From: Microthyrium microscopicum
Lineage: Eukaryota
Assembly (NCBI GenBank): GCA_010405405.1
Contig: MU004236.1
Span: 1,122,070 to 1,186,069, forward strand
Direction: 5' to 3'
Length of the DNA: 64,000 nucleotides
The position numbers were made by a program, and so were the translations under genes. Positions 49,027 through 63,277 of this stretch are shown in pieces (positions within the stretch are counted from its first letter, which is position 1; the number at the start of each line of letters is the position of its first letter). The notes beneath the pieces were generated by a model that was not told the DNA's origin, searched no databases, and was given only the letters and a program-made list of their open reading frames with translations.

Positions 49027-49829
49027 CAATCCACCATCCTCTGTCACTCCTCTACCTCTGATGCTTTAGCGCAAAGTTATTACTCCATTCTCTATGCATG
49101 TATGGTCTTTCGCGGATTTCCGTTGCACAACCAGCGTAGGCTTTTCAGGGCCAGTATTGGGGACTATTGCGGACCTGGTTCCGCACTGAATAGGTTCAAG
49201 AATAATTGCGGATCATGATCCGTCATGCTGCTGTATCATCAACTTCGAACCAACGACAACGTTGACCATTGGATTACTGTCATACCTGCCATTGCTTCCA
49301 TACCTGACGGTTGCTAAGACATTCGGCGCATTTTCGGAAACGGACTCGCCATGCGACCGTTCCTCCGTTCCTCCGATTCTCTGTTTCTGAATACTAATCG
49401 GTCAGGAACATAGGCATGCGATAATAAATGCCCTCATGGGATCACTGTCAGATCTAACCTAGTTTGAGGCCGAGTTCAAAACACTAACCATCGCTAAAAA
49501 TCCTTTGATCGCAGTTTTAAAGGCCAATATCAAAGACATGGTCAGCTTAGACTATTCGATTGCCTAGGAGAGCTCTCTTGGCGATTTCGTATTCTAGCAG
49601 GGATTTAGAGAGGGCAATGATGAAAGTCCGGGTCAAGGGACGGGACCTAGGCTGAGGTCACAGTTAGCTATTGTAGTGCGCGAACGTGCTTGGAAAGTAT
49701 GGAGAACTTTGCCCCTGATAGTGTTCGTCATGCATTTATATCCCCTCAGTACTGCAAACGATTTTGGATTCAATTCTTAATCCTCTTTGTTGCTATTCAA
49801 ACTCCTCAATCGAAGCTCCCTAGTCCATC

Positions 49830-51368
49830 ATGTCTCCTGGAAGAGTTTCCAATATTACTTTCGATGAGTTTTACAACATTATCGATGGCAAGCAGAAAGG
49901 TGCCTCCAAGAATTATAATGGCGTAAATCCTGCTACCAAGGAGAAGCTCTGGGATGTAAGTAATACCGATCGTGAACAACAGTTGTGTGACTGACTTGGC
50001 TTTGCTTTAGGTTCCAGTTGCGACCAAAGATGATGTTAATACCGCCGTAGAAGCTGGCCAGAAGGCTTTCAAGACCTGGTCCAAGACTCCTATCGAGAAG
50101 CGCAAGCAGATGATGAAGGACTGGGTCAAGGTGTATGAGCAACATGAGAAGGAGTTTGCCGACACGTTATGCAAAGAAACCGGCAAGCCTCGTAGCTTTG
50201 CAACAAGTGAAGTCGCCATGGTCAAAGGCATGATCTTACACCATTCCGACCTAGACATTCCCGAGGAGAAATTTGAGGACGACGAAAAGATTGTGACAAC
50301 TCGATATCAGCCGCTGGGAGTCGTGGGTGCCATTTCTCCTTGGAACTTCCCTCTTCTGCTTGCTGTTGGCAAGATTGCCCAAGCACTGCTGGCCGGATGT
50401 GTTGTCATTTCCAAGCCTTCTCCATTCACTCCATACACTGTTCTCAAGCTCGTTGAGACGGCGCAAGAAATCTTTCCTCCAGGTGTCGTTCAAGTCCTTG
50501 GCGGCGGTGATGATCTCGGTCCTGCGCTCGTTGAGCACCCTGGTGTCGCAAAGATTTCCTTCACTGGTTCCATTGCCACCGGCAAGAAGATCATGGAGTC
50601 ATGTGCGAAGACATTGAAGAGAGTGACACTCGAGCTTGGCGGCAATGATCCATGTATCATTTTCCCAGATGTAGATATCGAGAAGACCGTCCCTGAAGTT
50701 GCCGTCGGCTCTTTCTGGAACAGCGGACAGGTATGTTAAGAGAGGCGCTGTGGAATACACACTAACGTAACAAGGTATGCGTCGCCACGAAGCGTGTGTA
50801 CATCCACGAAAGCATCTACCGCGAATTCGTCGACAAGCTAGTCGCATTCACCAAGAACAATCTGAAAGTCGGCACCAGCGATGAGGAAAACGTCATGCTC
50901 GGTCCAATCCAGAACGAGATGCAATTCAACAAAGTCAAGGAGTTCTTCGCGGACAGCAAGAAGAACGGCTACAAGTTTGCTCTAGGTGATGCCGAAGTAG
51001 CTGCATCCAAGGGATTCTTCATCCAGCCTACAATCATCGATAACCCGCCCAACGACTCATTGATTATTCGAGAAGAGCCGTTTGGTCCAATTCTTCCTGT
51101 CCAGCCATGGTCCGATCTTGAGGAGGTCATCGCGCGTGCGAATAATACCGATACCGGTTTGGGAGCCAGTGTGTGGACCAAAGATGTGAAGAAGGGCGAG
51201 GAGGTTGCTCAGCGAATAGAGTCTGGTAACGTCTTTGTCAACTCCTGGGTGAAGCCAGTCCCACAGGCGTTCTTCAGCGGCCATAAAACATCAGGCCTTG
51301 GAGGAGAATGGGGAAATACTGGTGTTCTTGCCTATTGCAATGCGCAGGCTGTCCATGTATACAAATAA
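49830..51368 (+). CDS. Aldehyde dehydrogenase; introns ~49956-50009 and ~50731-50774
   Basis: SPWNFP, SFTGSIATG, TLELGGND, NSGQ/VC catalytic Cys across the intron, EEPFGP. Confidence 0.95.
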
Positions 51369-52452
51369 GTTAGCAGTCATTCAATTGGCATATGCATTGA
51401 TATCTTACTTCAAAAGAAGACGTGACGTTAGCTGCGATGATTCCAATGGCGTCCTCTTTGTTTCGGAACCATCTCCAGCAAGCTCTTGACACGGAGGCGT
51501 TTTACAACGCCAATACCGTATGCAATGCACAGAGTCTGATCTCCATTCCATTGCCGTTGACATTCTCTTCACTCCATACCAATGACTGGTAGTAAGGCTG
51601 AAGCACTCGACATATAGGCGGTGTAAGAACCGATCGGCAGGTGCGGCAGAGCTCAGTCATAAATTATTTTGAGTCACTCCATGATCGACGAGGCACGAAT
51701 ATGGTATACGGGTAAGCGAGTAGCGCCAAGTAACCGTTTGGAGCCTATTATCACACACAACTTTGTCTTTTTTGTCGACATTTGGCTACAAGCTCGATGG
51801 GGCAAGGAAGATCTTGTCCTCTTCTTCAGCATGAACCAGGCTACCTTGACTTGCACACCAATCCATTGTACCATCACTCAACCTTTGAACCCGCCGTAGA
51901 TGAAGAAAAGCACAAATCAAGATATCCAAAGTCAATACCTAAGCTTACCGAGGCTGATATAGACAGGGTTTATTAGCTGGTCAAAGCTCCAAGAAATCTT
52001 ATGTAAAAAGCTCGATCATAACGTGTTGAATTATACATAGTCAACAAACGTCAACTTGTGATCATTGTACTGGATCATCGTAGTGTCGCTACATGATTCC
52101 GTTTTCCTTCTAGTCACATCCGCCTTGTTGAGCTCCGGTGCAGATCAAGCACGTGGCTCTGAACCTCTGAATGGTCCAACTTGAAGGAGAGAGTACTCTC
52201 TACTGTACGAAGAAATACTTCTTAACGCCTGGCGCCTGAACTGCACTTGCAGTTCCTGTCGACTCCTGCCTCATCGTCCTGTCTAGATCGCGCATCGCGC
52301 ACAACTCTCTTGTCAAAAGTCGATCGTTTTTGGATCTTTCCCATCAGCTTCAAGCCGCTCTCGACACCATGAAAGCCTTGAAGTAGAATAACGATTTGAA
52401 ATTCAAGAATCCAGATCTCAGCTACTACGCTAAGGAGTTCGTCAACATCACG

Positions 52453-55400
52453 ATGTCAGACCCAAAGGATGGAGTCATTACTCCTTCGCTGGATCAAAAC
52501 CCAGAAAAGGCTCCAGTCATGGTGAAAGAAGTTAAGAAGACAAGGAAGCAAAAACAACAAGAAGCGAAAGAAGCTAAGGAAAAAACTCTGGCCGAATTGC
52601 CTCCAGGCTCAAAACAAGGTGTTTGGAGTAATTTCATCGTAAGATTGTTGTATGATGGGTGGAACTTTATTGATATGGCGTAGAGAATTTTATCTTTTGG
52701 CGACAAAATTGATTACCTCCTCATGGGCGCCTGTTTTTTCACAGCCATTGGATCTGGAGTAGCCATGCCATTGATGATGGTTGTCTTCGGTCGCTTGGTT
52801 GGAAATTTTACTGGATATTTCACTGCTGGAACCAACGTCACTTACAATCAATTTTTACATCAAGTCACGCAAAATACGTAAGTATCACAATTTGATAAAG
52901 CAGTAATGTTGTTAATTTCGTTAGATTATACATGGTGTACATTGGGATTGCTCGGTTTGGTCTCTCTTACATCTCATTGGTGAGTGCTAGCCTTGTGTCC
53001 AGGAATCTCAGCACAACATCTGATCGAAGGTACAAGCTGTTCTGTGATGATCAATCTAATGACTTTGTAGTTTACAGTTCGCATGAGTGGTCTTCGCATC
53101 TCGGCTAAGATACGACTTGCTTATCTACGTAAACTTCTCGAGATGCCCGTCAGTGTTATCGATGCCACTTCACCAGGAAAGATATCAAGTCGATTGACTA
53201 CGAACGCGAATACTATCCAAATGGGTGTATCTCAGCAACTCGCCATGCTAGTACAGGCCTTGTCGTTCACGATTGGCCTCTATGTGGTATCCTTCATCAA
53301 AGGCCCACTTTTGACGTTAGTAGCAAGCTCTCCTCTGCCATTGGCGTTGTTCATATATGCTATGGTCCTCCCAGTCATATTCAAGAAGAGCAAGGTCAGC
53401 GAAGAGTTTAAAGAAAAGGCATCTGCCCTAGCTTTTGAAATATTCGAGTCGGTTCGCATTGTGAATGCTTTTAGTGCTCAAGACCGCCTCTGGAACGCCC
53501 ATGGTGGCTACATCAATCAAGCGTTGAAACTGGATGTGCAACAAGGCCCCTTACTTGGATTGATGATGTCGCCATTTTACTTTTCCGTGTACGGAACATT
53601 TGCTTTGACTTTCTGGTTTGGCCTACGGCAGTACTCACACGGACATATAGACGGCGTGGGATCAATTACCGTTGTGCTCTTTTCCGTACAGTTTGCTGTT
53701 ACCATGCTGGGCCGGATCTTCACACCAATCATGGGAATCATGAAGGCTGCCACTGCTGCAATGGAGATATTCATCACCCTCGACACTCCAATCGAAGACA
53801 TGTCTGGATTGAAGGACCCTGACGTATCAGCTACCGAAGACATTATTTTCAAGGACGTTACTTTCGCGTATCCTACTCGCCAGGACAAAGTGATACTCGA
53901 TAAACTGTGTTTGACGTTTGAACGTGGCAAAACAACTGCAATTGTTGGTCCCTCTGGTTCAGGAAAGTCAACAATCGTGGGCTTGATTCTGAGATGGTAT
54001 AAACCAACCAGTCCTGCTGTCTCAGAAGCTGCTGCGAAAGCGAAAGAAGCAGAAGCCAAGGCAGCATCGGAGAAGAAAAATCTAGCCGAGGGGAAAATCA
54101 CAGAGCACTCAATCGTAAAAGACAATCCCAAGGAGGATAAAGGTGAAAAGACGAAGAGCGATACAGGGGCTGTCATTAACTCAGGTCCCGGGGACAGTAG
54201 TGGAGATGATACAGGCACCATACTCGTCGGGGATGTTGAACTCCATTCCATCGATGCAAAGTGGTGGCGAAGCAATGTCGGTCTTGTCGCGCAAGAGCCC
54301 TTTCTGTTCAACGATACAATTTACAACAATGTCGCCAATGGTCTCACTGGCACCAAATGGGAGGATTCACCAAAGGAAGAGAAGATGGAAATGGTCAAGA
54401 TTGCCTGTCAGGAAGCATATGCCGATGAATTCATCTCTCGGCTACCTCTAGGTTACGAAACGCAGGTAGGAGAACACGGTATTAAAATCAGTGGAGGGCA
54501 GAGACAGCGGATATCCATTGCTCGAGCAATCATTAAGCAGCCACCTATTCTGATCTTGGATGAGGCCACATCAGCCATTGACGTCCGAGCCGAGCTTATC
54601 GTGCAGAAGGCACTTGATCGTGTCTCAGAAAATCGCACCACTATATCGATTGCTCATCGTCTAAGTACAATCAAGCGCGCGGATAAGATTGTGGTCTGTC
54701 GAGCAGGTACTGTGATAGAACAAGGGACGCACTCGCAGCTTGTCGAAGACCAGGACGGTGTGTACAGTGGTCTTGTTCGTGCTCAAAAGCTTGAGATGGG
54801 TGATGATGAATTTGAGAAGGGCGACCAAGCAGACGACCAGGAGCAGCTTTTGAAAGTGCAATCTGAGCCTGCAAAGGAGAAAGAAGAAACGCCAATTTCC
54901 ATTGAGGAAACGGGATGGAAAGAGCGCGGCGTCATTCGGAGCTTTGGACTTCTCATACTCGAACAACGGCATCGATGGTTTCTATATACCGTCATGCTGA
55001 TAGCTTGCGCTCTCAATGGTGCAGCATATCCTATACAAGCATGGCTTTTTGGACATCTGGTTCAGGTACGTTCACGACTCAGGCAGCTGTATCTCATTTC
55101 TAACTGGGATTTGCTGTAGGTTTTCACCCTAACGGGCAGCGAGTTAGTTACAAGAGGCAACTTTTGGTCTCTGATGTTCTTCGTCCTTGCGTTAGTAGTG
55201 TTATTTGCCTACTTCTTTATGGGATGGGCTGCCCATCTCATATCTGTTGTGAGTTAGACCAGGTTATTCGACTTCAGAAGTACTGACTAGTGTAGAATGT
55301 TTCATCACACTATCGGCAAGAGTATCTACGAAACATCTTGCGGAAACGTATCGCCTGGTTCGACAAAGATAGCTCTTCAGCTGGATCTCTCACGTCTCTT

Positions 55401-56881
55401 CTTTCTACAGATTCTATGCGTCTCCAAGAGCTACTAGGGACCAACCTAGGAATGACTTTAATATCTATCTTCAATCTGGTTGGTAGTATCATCATTAGCT
55501 TTTACTTTGGTTGGAAGTTGGCACTTGTTGGCGTGCTTACAATCATGCCTGTCGTTCTGTTGGCAGGATACTACAGACTCAAACTCGAAACACAATTTGT
55601 CAAGCTAAGCTCTGCGGTGTTCGAAGAGAGCTCTCAGTTCGGAACAGAAGCTGTTGCTGCTTTCCGCACTGTCACAAGTCTACAATTGGAAGACAAGATA
55701 ATCCGTCGATTCGATGAACTGCTGGCCACTCATGTCAGAACCGCTTATAAGAAGGCACGATGGTCAACAATTGTCTTTGCCTTCTCCGACTCCGCAGAAA
55801 TGTTCTGTCAAGCGCTCTGCTTCTATTATGGAGGCACACTTCTCGGTAAGAAAGAGTACGAAATTGTTACCTTCTTCGTCATCTATATGGCTGCCATACA
55901 AGGAGCACAAGCAGCAGGAATGTGGTTCAGCTTTGCCCCCAAGTAGGTTCAAATGTCCCACATAACCTTGCTACCATTCTAACACCCTTCCAGCATCGTT
56001 GAAGCAACCGCTGCCGCCAACCGCATTCTCTCCGTCCGCCCTACCCAGGAGGAGCAAGATGACAACCCACCCACCATGCCCGAAAGCCATGAACCCATCG
56101 GCCTCACCCTGGATTCGGTCAACTTTTCCTACGCTGGCCGTGACATCCCCGTCATAAATAATCTCTCTCTCAAGATCGCACCCGGTCAGTTCGCTGCACT
56201 CGTTGGCGCTACGGGCTGTGGCAAGTCGACTATCATCTCACTTATCGAGCGTTTCTACGATCCCACCGGTGGCAAGATCTTACTTGGCGACACAGACATC
56301 ACCACCGTCGATGTGGCAAGCTATCGGCGCAATCTGTCGTTGGTAGCGCAAGAAGCTACCCTATACGAAGGCACAATCCGTGAAAATGTTGCTCTTAGCG
56401 TCGATGCTGCTACCGATGCTGAAATCGAGGAGGCGTGTCGATCTGCACAAATCCACGAGTTCATCAGCTCCCTCAGTGATGGATACGCTACCGTCATCGG
56501 ACCGCGTGGCATCGCGCTCTCAGGCGGTCAGCGGCAGCGTGTTGCGTTGGCTCGCGCTCTGTTGAGAAAACCACAACTGTTGTTGCTGGACGAGGCGACG
56601 TCCAACCTGGACTCGGAGAGCGAGAAGCTGGTTCAAGAGGCGATTGAGAAGGCAGCTGGGGAGGGTGGGCGGACGGTGATTGCAGTCGCTCACCGACTGG
56701 CTACTATACAGAACGCAGATGTAATCTTCGTGCTGGGTTCGGGGAGATTGTTGGAGAGTGGAACTCATTTACAGTTGTTGGCGCAAAGAGGCGTGTATTT
56801 CCAGATGGTGAGTGAGCTAATCAGACTGATGGTGGTGATGCTAATGCAATGTAGTGCCAGGCGCAAGCGCTCGATCGATAG
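52453..56881 (+). CDS. Full-length ABCB (MDR/P-glycoprotein-type) transporter, about 8 exons
   Basis: TMD-NBD-TMD-NBD layout; Walker A GPSGSGKS and GATGCGKS; signatures ISGGQRQR and LSGGQRQR; LDEATS; spliced end CQAQALDR*. Confidence 0.93.
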
Positions 56882-57154
56882 CTATCGGGCTGATTCTTCA
56901 TTGTTATATACCAAATTTCCGCGTTTGAAAGCTGGGCCATATTCGCTCATGATCGGTTGGCATAGATACTCCACTTCATTTCGACTTCGTCCATAGTTAC
57001 CTTACTCCTTGTATTCTTGTACAACATTGTGAATATAATCATATTTAATTCAAGTCTACGAATATTCAAAAAGCTGCAGTCCATCTTCTCGTTCCATATA
57101 CGCTAAACCAGAAATGCCATGATAAGTCCAATAGTAATACAAACCCAGCCATCC

Positions 57155-59269
57155 TTACGAAGGCAATCCCTCATATTCCTCATCAACCTGCCCCCTCCTC
57201 TTCCTGCCCCGTCTCGTATTCCTACGATTCGCCGCACATTTCACAAACACCAGCAAAGCCGCAATAGTAAGTACAATCACCGCAGCCACAATCGGAATAA
57301 CAATCTGTCTCTTCGACGAACTCGTCGCCGCACTCTCATACGGACACTTACTCCCCGCCCCCTGCACCCAACACGCCGCCGTATCCAGCGAATTGATATT
57401 CAACCACACCACGCCCTCGCCACCCGTATCGCCCTGTGCTTGCGACAGCGCGTGCGCAAGATATCGGTTCTCGAGACCGGTGCGCGGCACGGCGAATGTG
57501 CTGTTGCCTGGACAGCCGTTGTCGAGCGAGGAGTAGGCGCCTTTGGTGATGCTGATGCGCCATTGGTAGGGCGCGTTGCCGATGCGGCAGGCTCCGTAGT
57601 GGTATTCTGCGCAGTCGGCGATGCGCCAGTGGCCGCTGAGGGAGAGATCGAGGAGGGCGCAGCGGATGCGGGCGGCGTTGGGGTTGGTGGTGGATATGTT
57701 GTGGGGTTCGTTGGCGGACCAGGACCATAGGCTGCTGTGCGGTATGGCTTGGTAGGGGGTTGGGTTGGTGGCGGCGCTACTGTTGAGAAGGGTATCGTTT
57801 AGAAAGGGAGAAATGCCGCAGGAGGTCAGGTTGGATATTGATGGTATGGATGATAGGGTGTTGCTGGATAGGCTGGTCGGTCCCAAAGAGGAGGCGACGG
57901 CGAAGGAATTGTTATGGGAGGAAGCAATATTGGTGTCACTGCTGTCGAAGTAGCAGCCGCTGGAGAGTGATCCAGCAGAGCTGAAAGTTAGAGACGGCAT
58001 CTGCGTAACTGCGGAAGTGGAATGGTAGAGTTTGAGATCCAAGGAGTCGTTATAAGAATGCATGGCTTCATCCAAATTGTTGTAACTAATAATAAGACGT
58101 TTCGAGAATTCAACGTAGCCTTCACTGGGCCAGCCATCGTCAGTCATTAATATACCTCCTGCTTTCGAAGAAGTTTTCATATAAGATAAGTCTGGTTTGT
58201 TGCTTGAGCTTGGAGCTATCCAAGAAGAATTAAGATTTTGTCGATCGGATTGGAGCTGTGTAGGTGTATAAATACGATCAGATAAAGAAGACAGAATTGC
58301 GTTTATTTGTTCAGTCGGCTTTGGTAGATCCGAGTCGGTAAGGATTGACGATTGACCTGATATAGGAGACGCTGCTCGTAGATTAAGATTCAAAAACGTA
58401 GCCCGAGCACCCATATTCGTGAATACTGTTTTGGTGTAACTATCAAGGACAGCGCTGAGGGTCCCTGGGATTTGTCAGTGAATGATTTCGATCGAAGCTA
58501 ACACGCATGATTAGACCAAATGGTCTTTTCGTGCCGAGACCGTGAAACACCCATCGCCCTCGGCGGAATCCATAGCACTCGATTAGGAACGAATTATATG
58601 GTACCCATCGAGAGCGACTGAGATATGATCGGCACGGGACAATCTTACCAAGAGTCAACGTCGACGAACAAGAGTATTGACCGACATGAACTAACGTCGA
58701 AGTCGCTTGAGCAGATGTCGTTGTTGTCGACGACGATGCTGTACTGATCGTCGAGCTAGAAACCGAGCTACCAGCAGCTTTCTCATCCACGCGTTTGTCT
58801 AGAGTCGCTGAGGAAGTGGCAACTGGTGGTACGGTGCTAGAGGTCCTTGTTGAAGCCGTAGTTCCGGATCCAATTGAGGAAGATGTCGAGCTGGAGGTCT
58901 TTAATCGTACGGGGCACAGTGACCATGATCTACTATCGATGTCCCAATAGATATCCAACTCAAACTTCCTAAAGTCCATCGCCAGTAGATTTGAGAAGCA
59001 TCGTATAGCATCATCATCTGAATACACCGCATTGCCAAAGCAAGCAGCAGTGAGTGATACTCCTGGATAAGTAATGAAATTGATAGGGATTGGTACTTCA
59101 ACATCCCGTTGAGCCTGTCCTCTTGTTAGCTGGATCATGCAGTGGTACGTAAGACAGAGGCGTATATCTGCTAACTCAGTTGGTGAGAACTGAATTCCGC
59201 TTTTCTTACCAGACTTGAGGTCGACCAAGGAGCATACTGTAATGCTGCCGGATCTGGCCGGTATGCCAT
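57155..59269 (-). CDS. Mtc6-like membrane protein (lectin-like region, C-terminal TM); exons 59269-59210, 59114-58649, 58464-57155
   Basis: Spliced start MAYRPDPAA...AQRDVEVPIPINF; CFSNLL..FRKFELDIYWD; CGISPFLN, WSWSANEP, FAVPRTGLEN, VWLNINS; TM segment followed by a basic tail. The MTC6 similarity is from recall, not a search. Confidence 0.75.
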
Positions 59270-60097
59270 TATTGCGTCCAAGAATCATTACAGGGTTATT
59301 GCATCGTCGCTAGTAACTTGGGGCTTCAATGATTTCGCAGGGCACTCGGTAAGAATAGAGGTGCCGATGTGGATCTATGTCGAACTGGACGATCACTATG
59401 AGATTCCCTGGCATGGAATGCCTTGGTGAATTATGATTGATGCTGATTGAGGCCTTTGTTGTTGACTTTAATGATGTCCCTTCAGTACCCAAGTCAGACG
59501 CCACAGCTTCATTTAATTGGAGCAAGTCGATATATTTACAGTCCGTGCAGACATAAGAGGTTGGAAAAGTGATATCCAAAGCTACGTAAAAATCTCCGAG
59601 TGTCAACGTTCGTTGAGTTAGTTTCAAAAGATCTCTCAGCTGGATTTTTACTGTGTCTTTGTTGTCAATCTAGTCAGTAGTTCCTGACAGAATATTAAAA
59701 CCTGGTATAAGGCTGTACCACGCACAGCATTCAAATCATCTCCTGTTCTTTGTGTAACCATAATCGATGGCTGAGAGGTGGTATCGGACCATGCTGAGAT
59801 TGCAAGAAAAGAAATCGGTGATTCTTGCAATTGGTCTATACTAATTGAATCAGTTCCGCATGGTGACAAGCGGCTTATTCTAGCTATCCTAAACATATTG
59901 TTGCGCAGCCTGTCGATTGATGTGTGCTGCACAAAGCTGTCGTTACTTCCCAACCAACGTTCAAAGTCATTTGCTAACTCTTGTCATTTCCTATCGACAG
60001 CCGTCTTTTCCCGCTAGCATAACACATCCTTTGCTTCTTGCAAGCACTTTTTCATGAAAACCTACAGCGCCTGCTGCAGTATCCCGGAAGTATCAGC

Positions 60098-60953
<856 letters not shown>

Positions 60954-61790
60954 GGTGTAGCGGTGTAGTGGATGAGTTAGAGGTCTATGATAGGGTATTG
61001 ATGTCAGCGATACTGTGATGCGAGTGGGCGCGTTGGATGGAAGTTGAGCGATCAAGGACAGGTGAGAGGCGGGCTGACGTACTGAGGAAGATGGAGAATA
61101 TGCAGAGAATGTTGGGTGTTAGACAGGTTTCAAATGCAGAGAGAAAGGCTTGCAAGTCCAGGCTTTTGCAATGTTGGGTTGGCAATGATGGATGTTGTGA
61201 TGGAGCCAGGCAACGGTTACATAAGCCGCCACTACCAGTCACGTGCAGTCGCTCAATTCAATGTTGGAGGACAGGGATGCAGGCATTGCAGGGATGTGGT
61301 CCGCAAGGTTCAAATGTTAACCTTTGAAGCCAGTTGCGAGTCGTGACTGCCTTTCTCTGCTTCACCATATTTTCGTTGATCATCTCAGTTCCTCCCGATA
61401 GCTCCAAAAAAGGCTGAAATGACATTGTTCGCTTAAACTGTCCGTTGTCTTCTTTTACTTGAACTAAATGCATGCTGCCGCATCACAGATAACGTCATTT
61501 GTAATAAACTGAAAGCAAGCATCTGAGCTTCAACATAGAAGCTTCCATCGAAGACCCGTTCTATTTGCTACAAGTGGTAATGTCGGAGTCAATCGTCCTT
61601 CATGAACAAACAATTGTTGTCTTTGATAACGCTCAGTCGCTGATGACTCGGTATATACAGGGCACTCGCCTATTGTGTTGTCCACGTTTTGGATGATCAG
61701 AACAGTCTTGGGTATAGTACATATCAGTTATCTATCCATACATTCATCGACTTCATGCCCGATTCTTCCTATGACCTGGCCTTCGAACTT

Positions 61791-62623
61791 TTATGGAGTA
61801 GGTACTAGATGGCAACCCAGCATACCACGACCACCCCAATTCCGCCGCGGCGTGAGAGCTAGACTAACCACTTCAGAGCCTCGCAATGCTTGCACTACAA
61901 TCGGTCGCTAAGTTGTGTTAGCAATCCGAGTCCAATGTGTCAGACTTAACCTACGCCTTCATTTTGTGATACGATCTCAGCGACCTTTCGCAGATTGTCG
62001 TGGTTGATCCAGGTAGCTAAGCCGAACTTTGTAATCTTGTCATCCACTCGAAGCCCAGCTTCCGCTGCCGGGCTGTCTGCAGTGACCTCGTTCACTTTTG
62101 CAAAGGGAACTGGCGAAGGTGCTCCGCTGGAGCTTTGTTGGCTTGTTCGGTTTGAAGTAGGTCTAGTTGGCAGAGTCGTTGTCGGCTGACGTGGTTGGGC
62201 AGCAAGTGTCGCAAATTGTTCCTGTACTGCCACCTCAATCTTGCCCATCAGCGCCTTGTAATCATTTCGAAGATGTATTATTCTCGCTCGCGTGGTTCGA
62301 ACTAAAGCCTCATCAGCTTGGAAGCGGAGAGTCTGCGTGGGATGTCGTACTTTGCGGGACGTCGATGTCTGATCGTGGGAAACCGTCAAAGGTAGTAAGG
62401 CCTGTGTTCATATTTACTCCGTGCTTTTCATTATTAGTTCTTGCCCCCTAGTAGTAAATCTGAATCAGGAACCCACAGTGTCTAGCACAGAGCTCAAAGC
62501 AGCGAGCTCCGCCTCTATGCGTTCTTTGGCAACTGTGAGTTCTGCCAGAGTTTTTGGTTCAGTACCATTCACTCCATTAGTTGTAGGACCAGAGGATACA
62601 GAGGGAGTGTGTATGTCTTCCAT
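61791..62623 (-). CDS. NAS2: 26S proteasome assembly chaperone Nas2/PSMD9 (PDZ-like); 2 introns
   Basis: MEDIHTPSVSSGP..., DGFPRSDIDV, RARIIHLRND, PFAKVNEV..SPAAEAGL; C-terminal WGGRGMLGCHL. Confidence 0.9.
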
Positions 62624-63277
62624 AGTAATCTCGTTCTGATATTCTCTTGGTAAGAATTAATGGGATGATGCTGTTTAGCTCGTCCAGCAAGAGGTGGGGA
62701 AGCTCTTTTTTATTTCAGGGCCACGCGAGTTGACGCGCAACGCGACTGCCTCAGGAGTCGAAGCTCCAACCTCAACCTCCATCTTCCTTTACAAATGCAA
62801 CAAGTTCGATCACAATGGACAGTAGTCCCTTATCTGGCTTATTTGGGTGTTTGAGAAGATCTGGGGAAAGAGCAGGGAACACAAACGCGAGAACCAGCCG
62901 CCACTCTCCCTTTCATTCCCAGAGTATCGGGCTCGGGTGAGCAGCACAGAAGCCATGCGCTTTTCAACAGCGTGGATGCAACTTGAAAGGTAATTGCGGG
63001 TCGATCTTTGGGAAAGTGTAATACCTTGCAGCAAGTCTGCAGTTACCATGCTTTGTTGAAGGCCGAAGCAGCAGGCAGGTACACCCGTGTCACCAATCGT
63101 ACTTTTGCAATTGTCGTTGGATGTTAAACTCCATTGCATGTATATCTCTGCTATCCAGCATAATGTCACAGTCTGCTTTCCTTCCTTCTATCACCCCCGT
63201 CTTTGCTTTGATATCTTATCAGGGGAGTGTCTTTTCCCTCATGGCATGAATTGCTGGTCAAGATACCGTTATTCGTT

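Noticed and set aside
58443..59288. ORF-track protein of 281 aa treated as a separate gene
   Set aside because: It is exon 2 of the mtc6-like gene read through the flanking introns.
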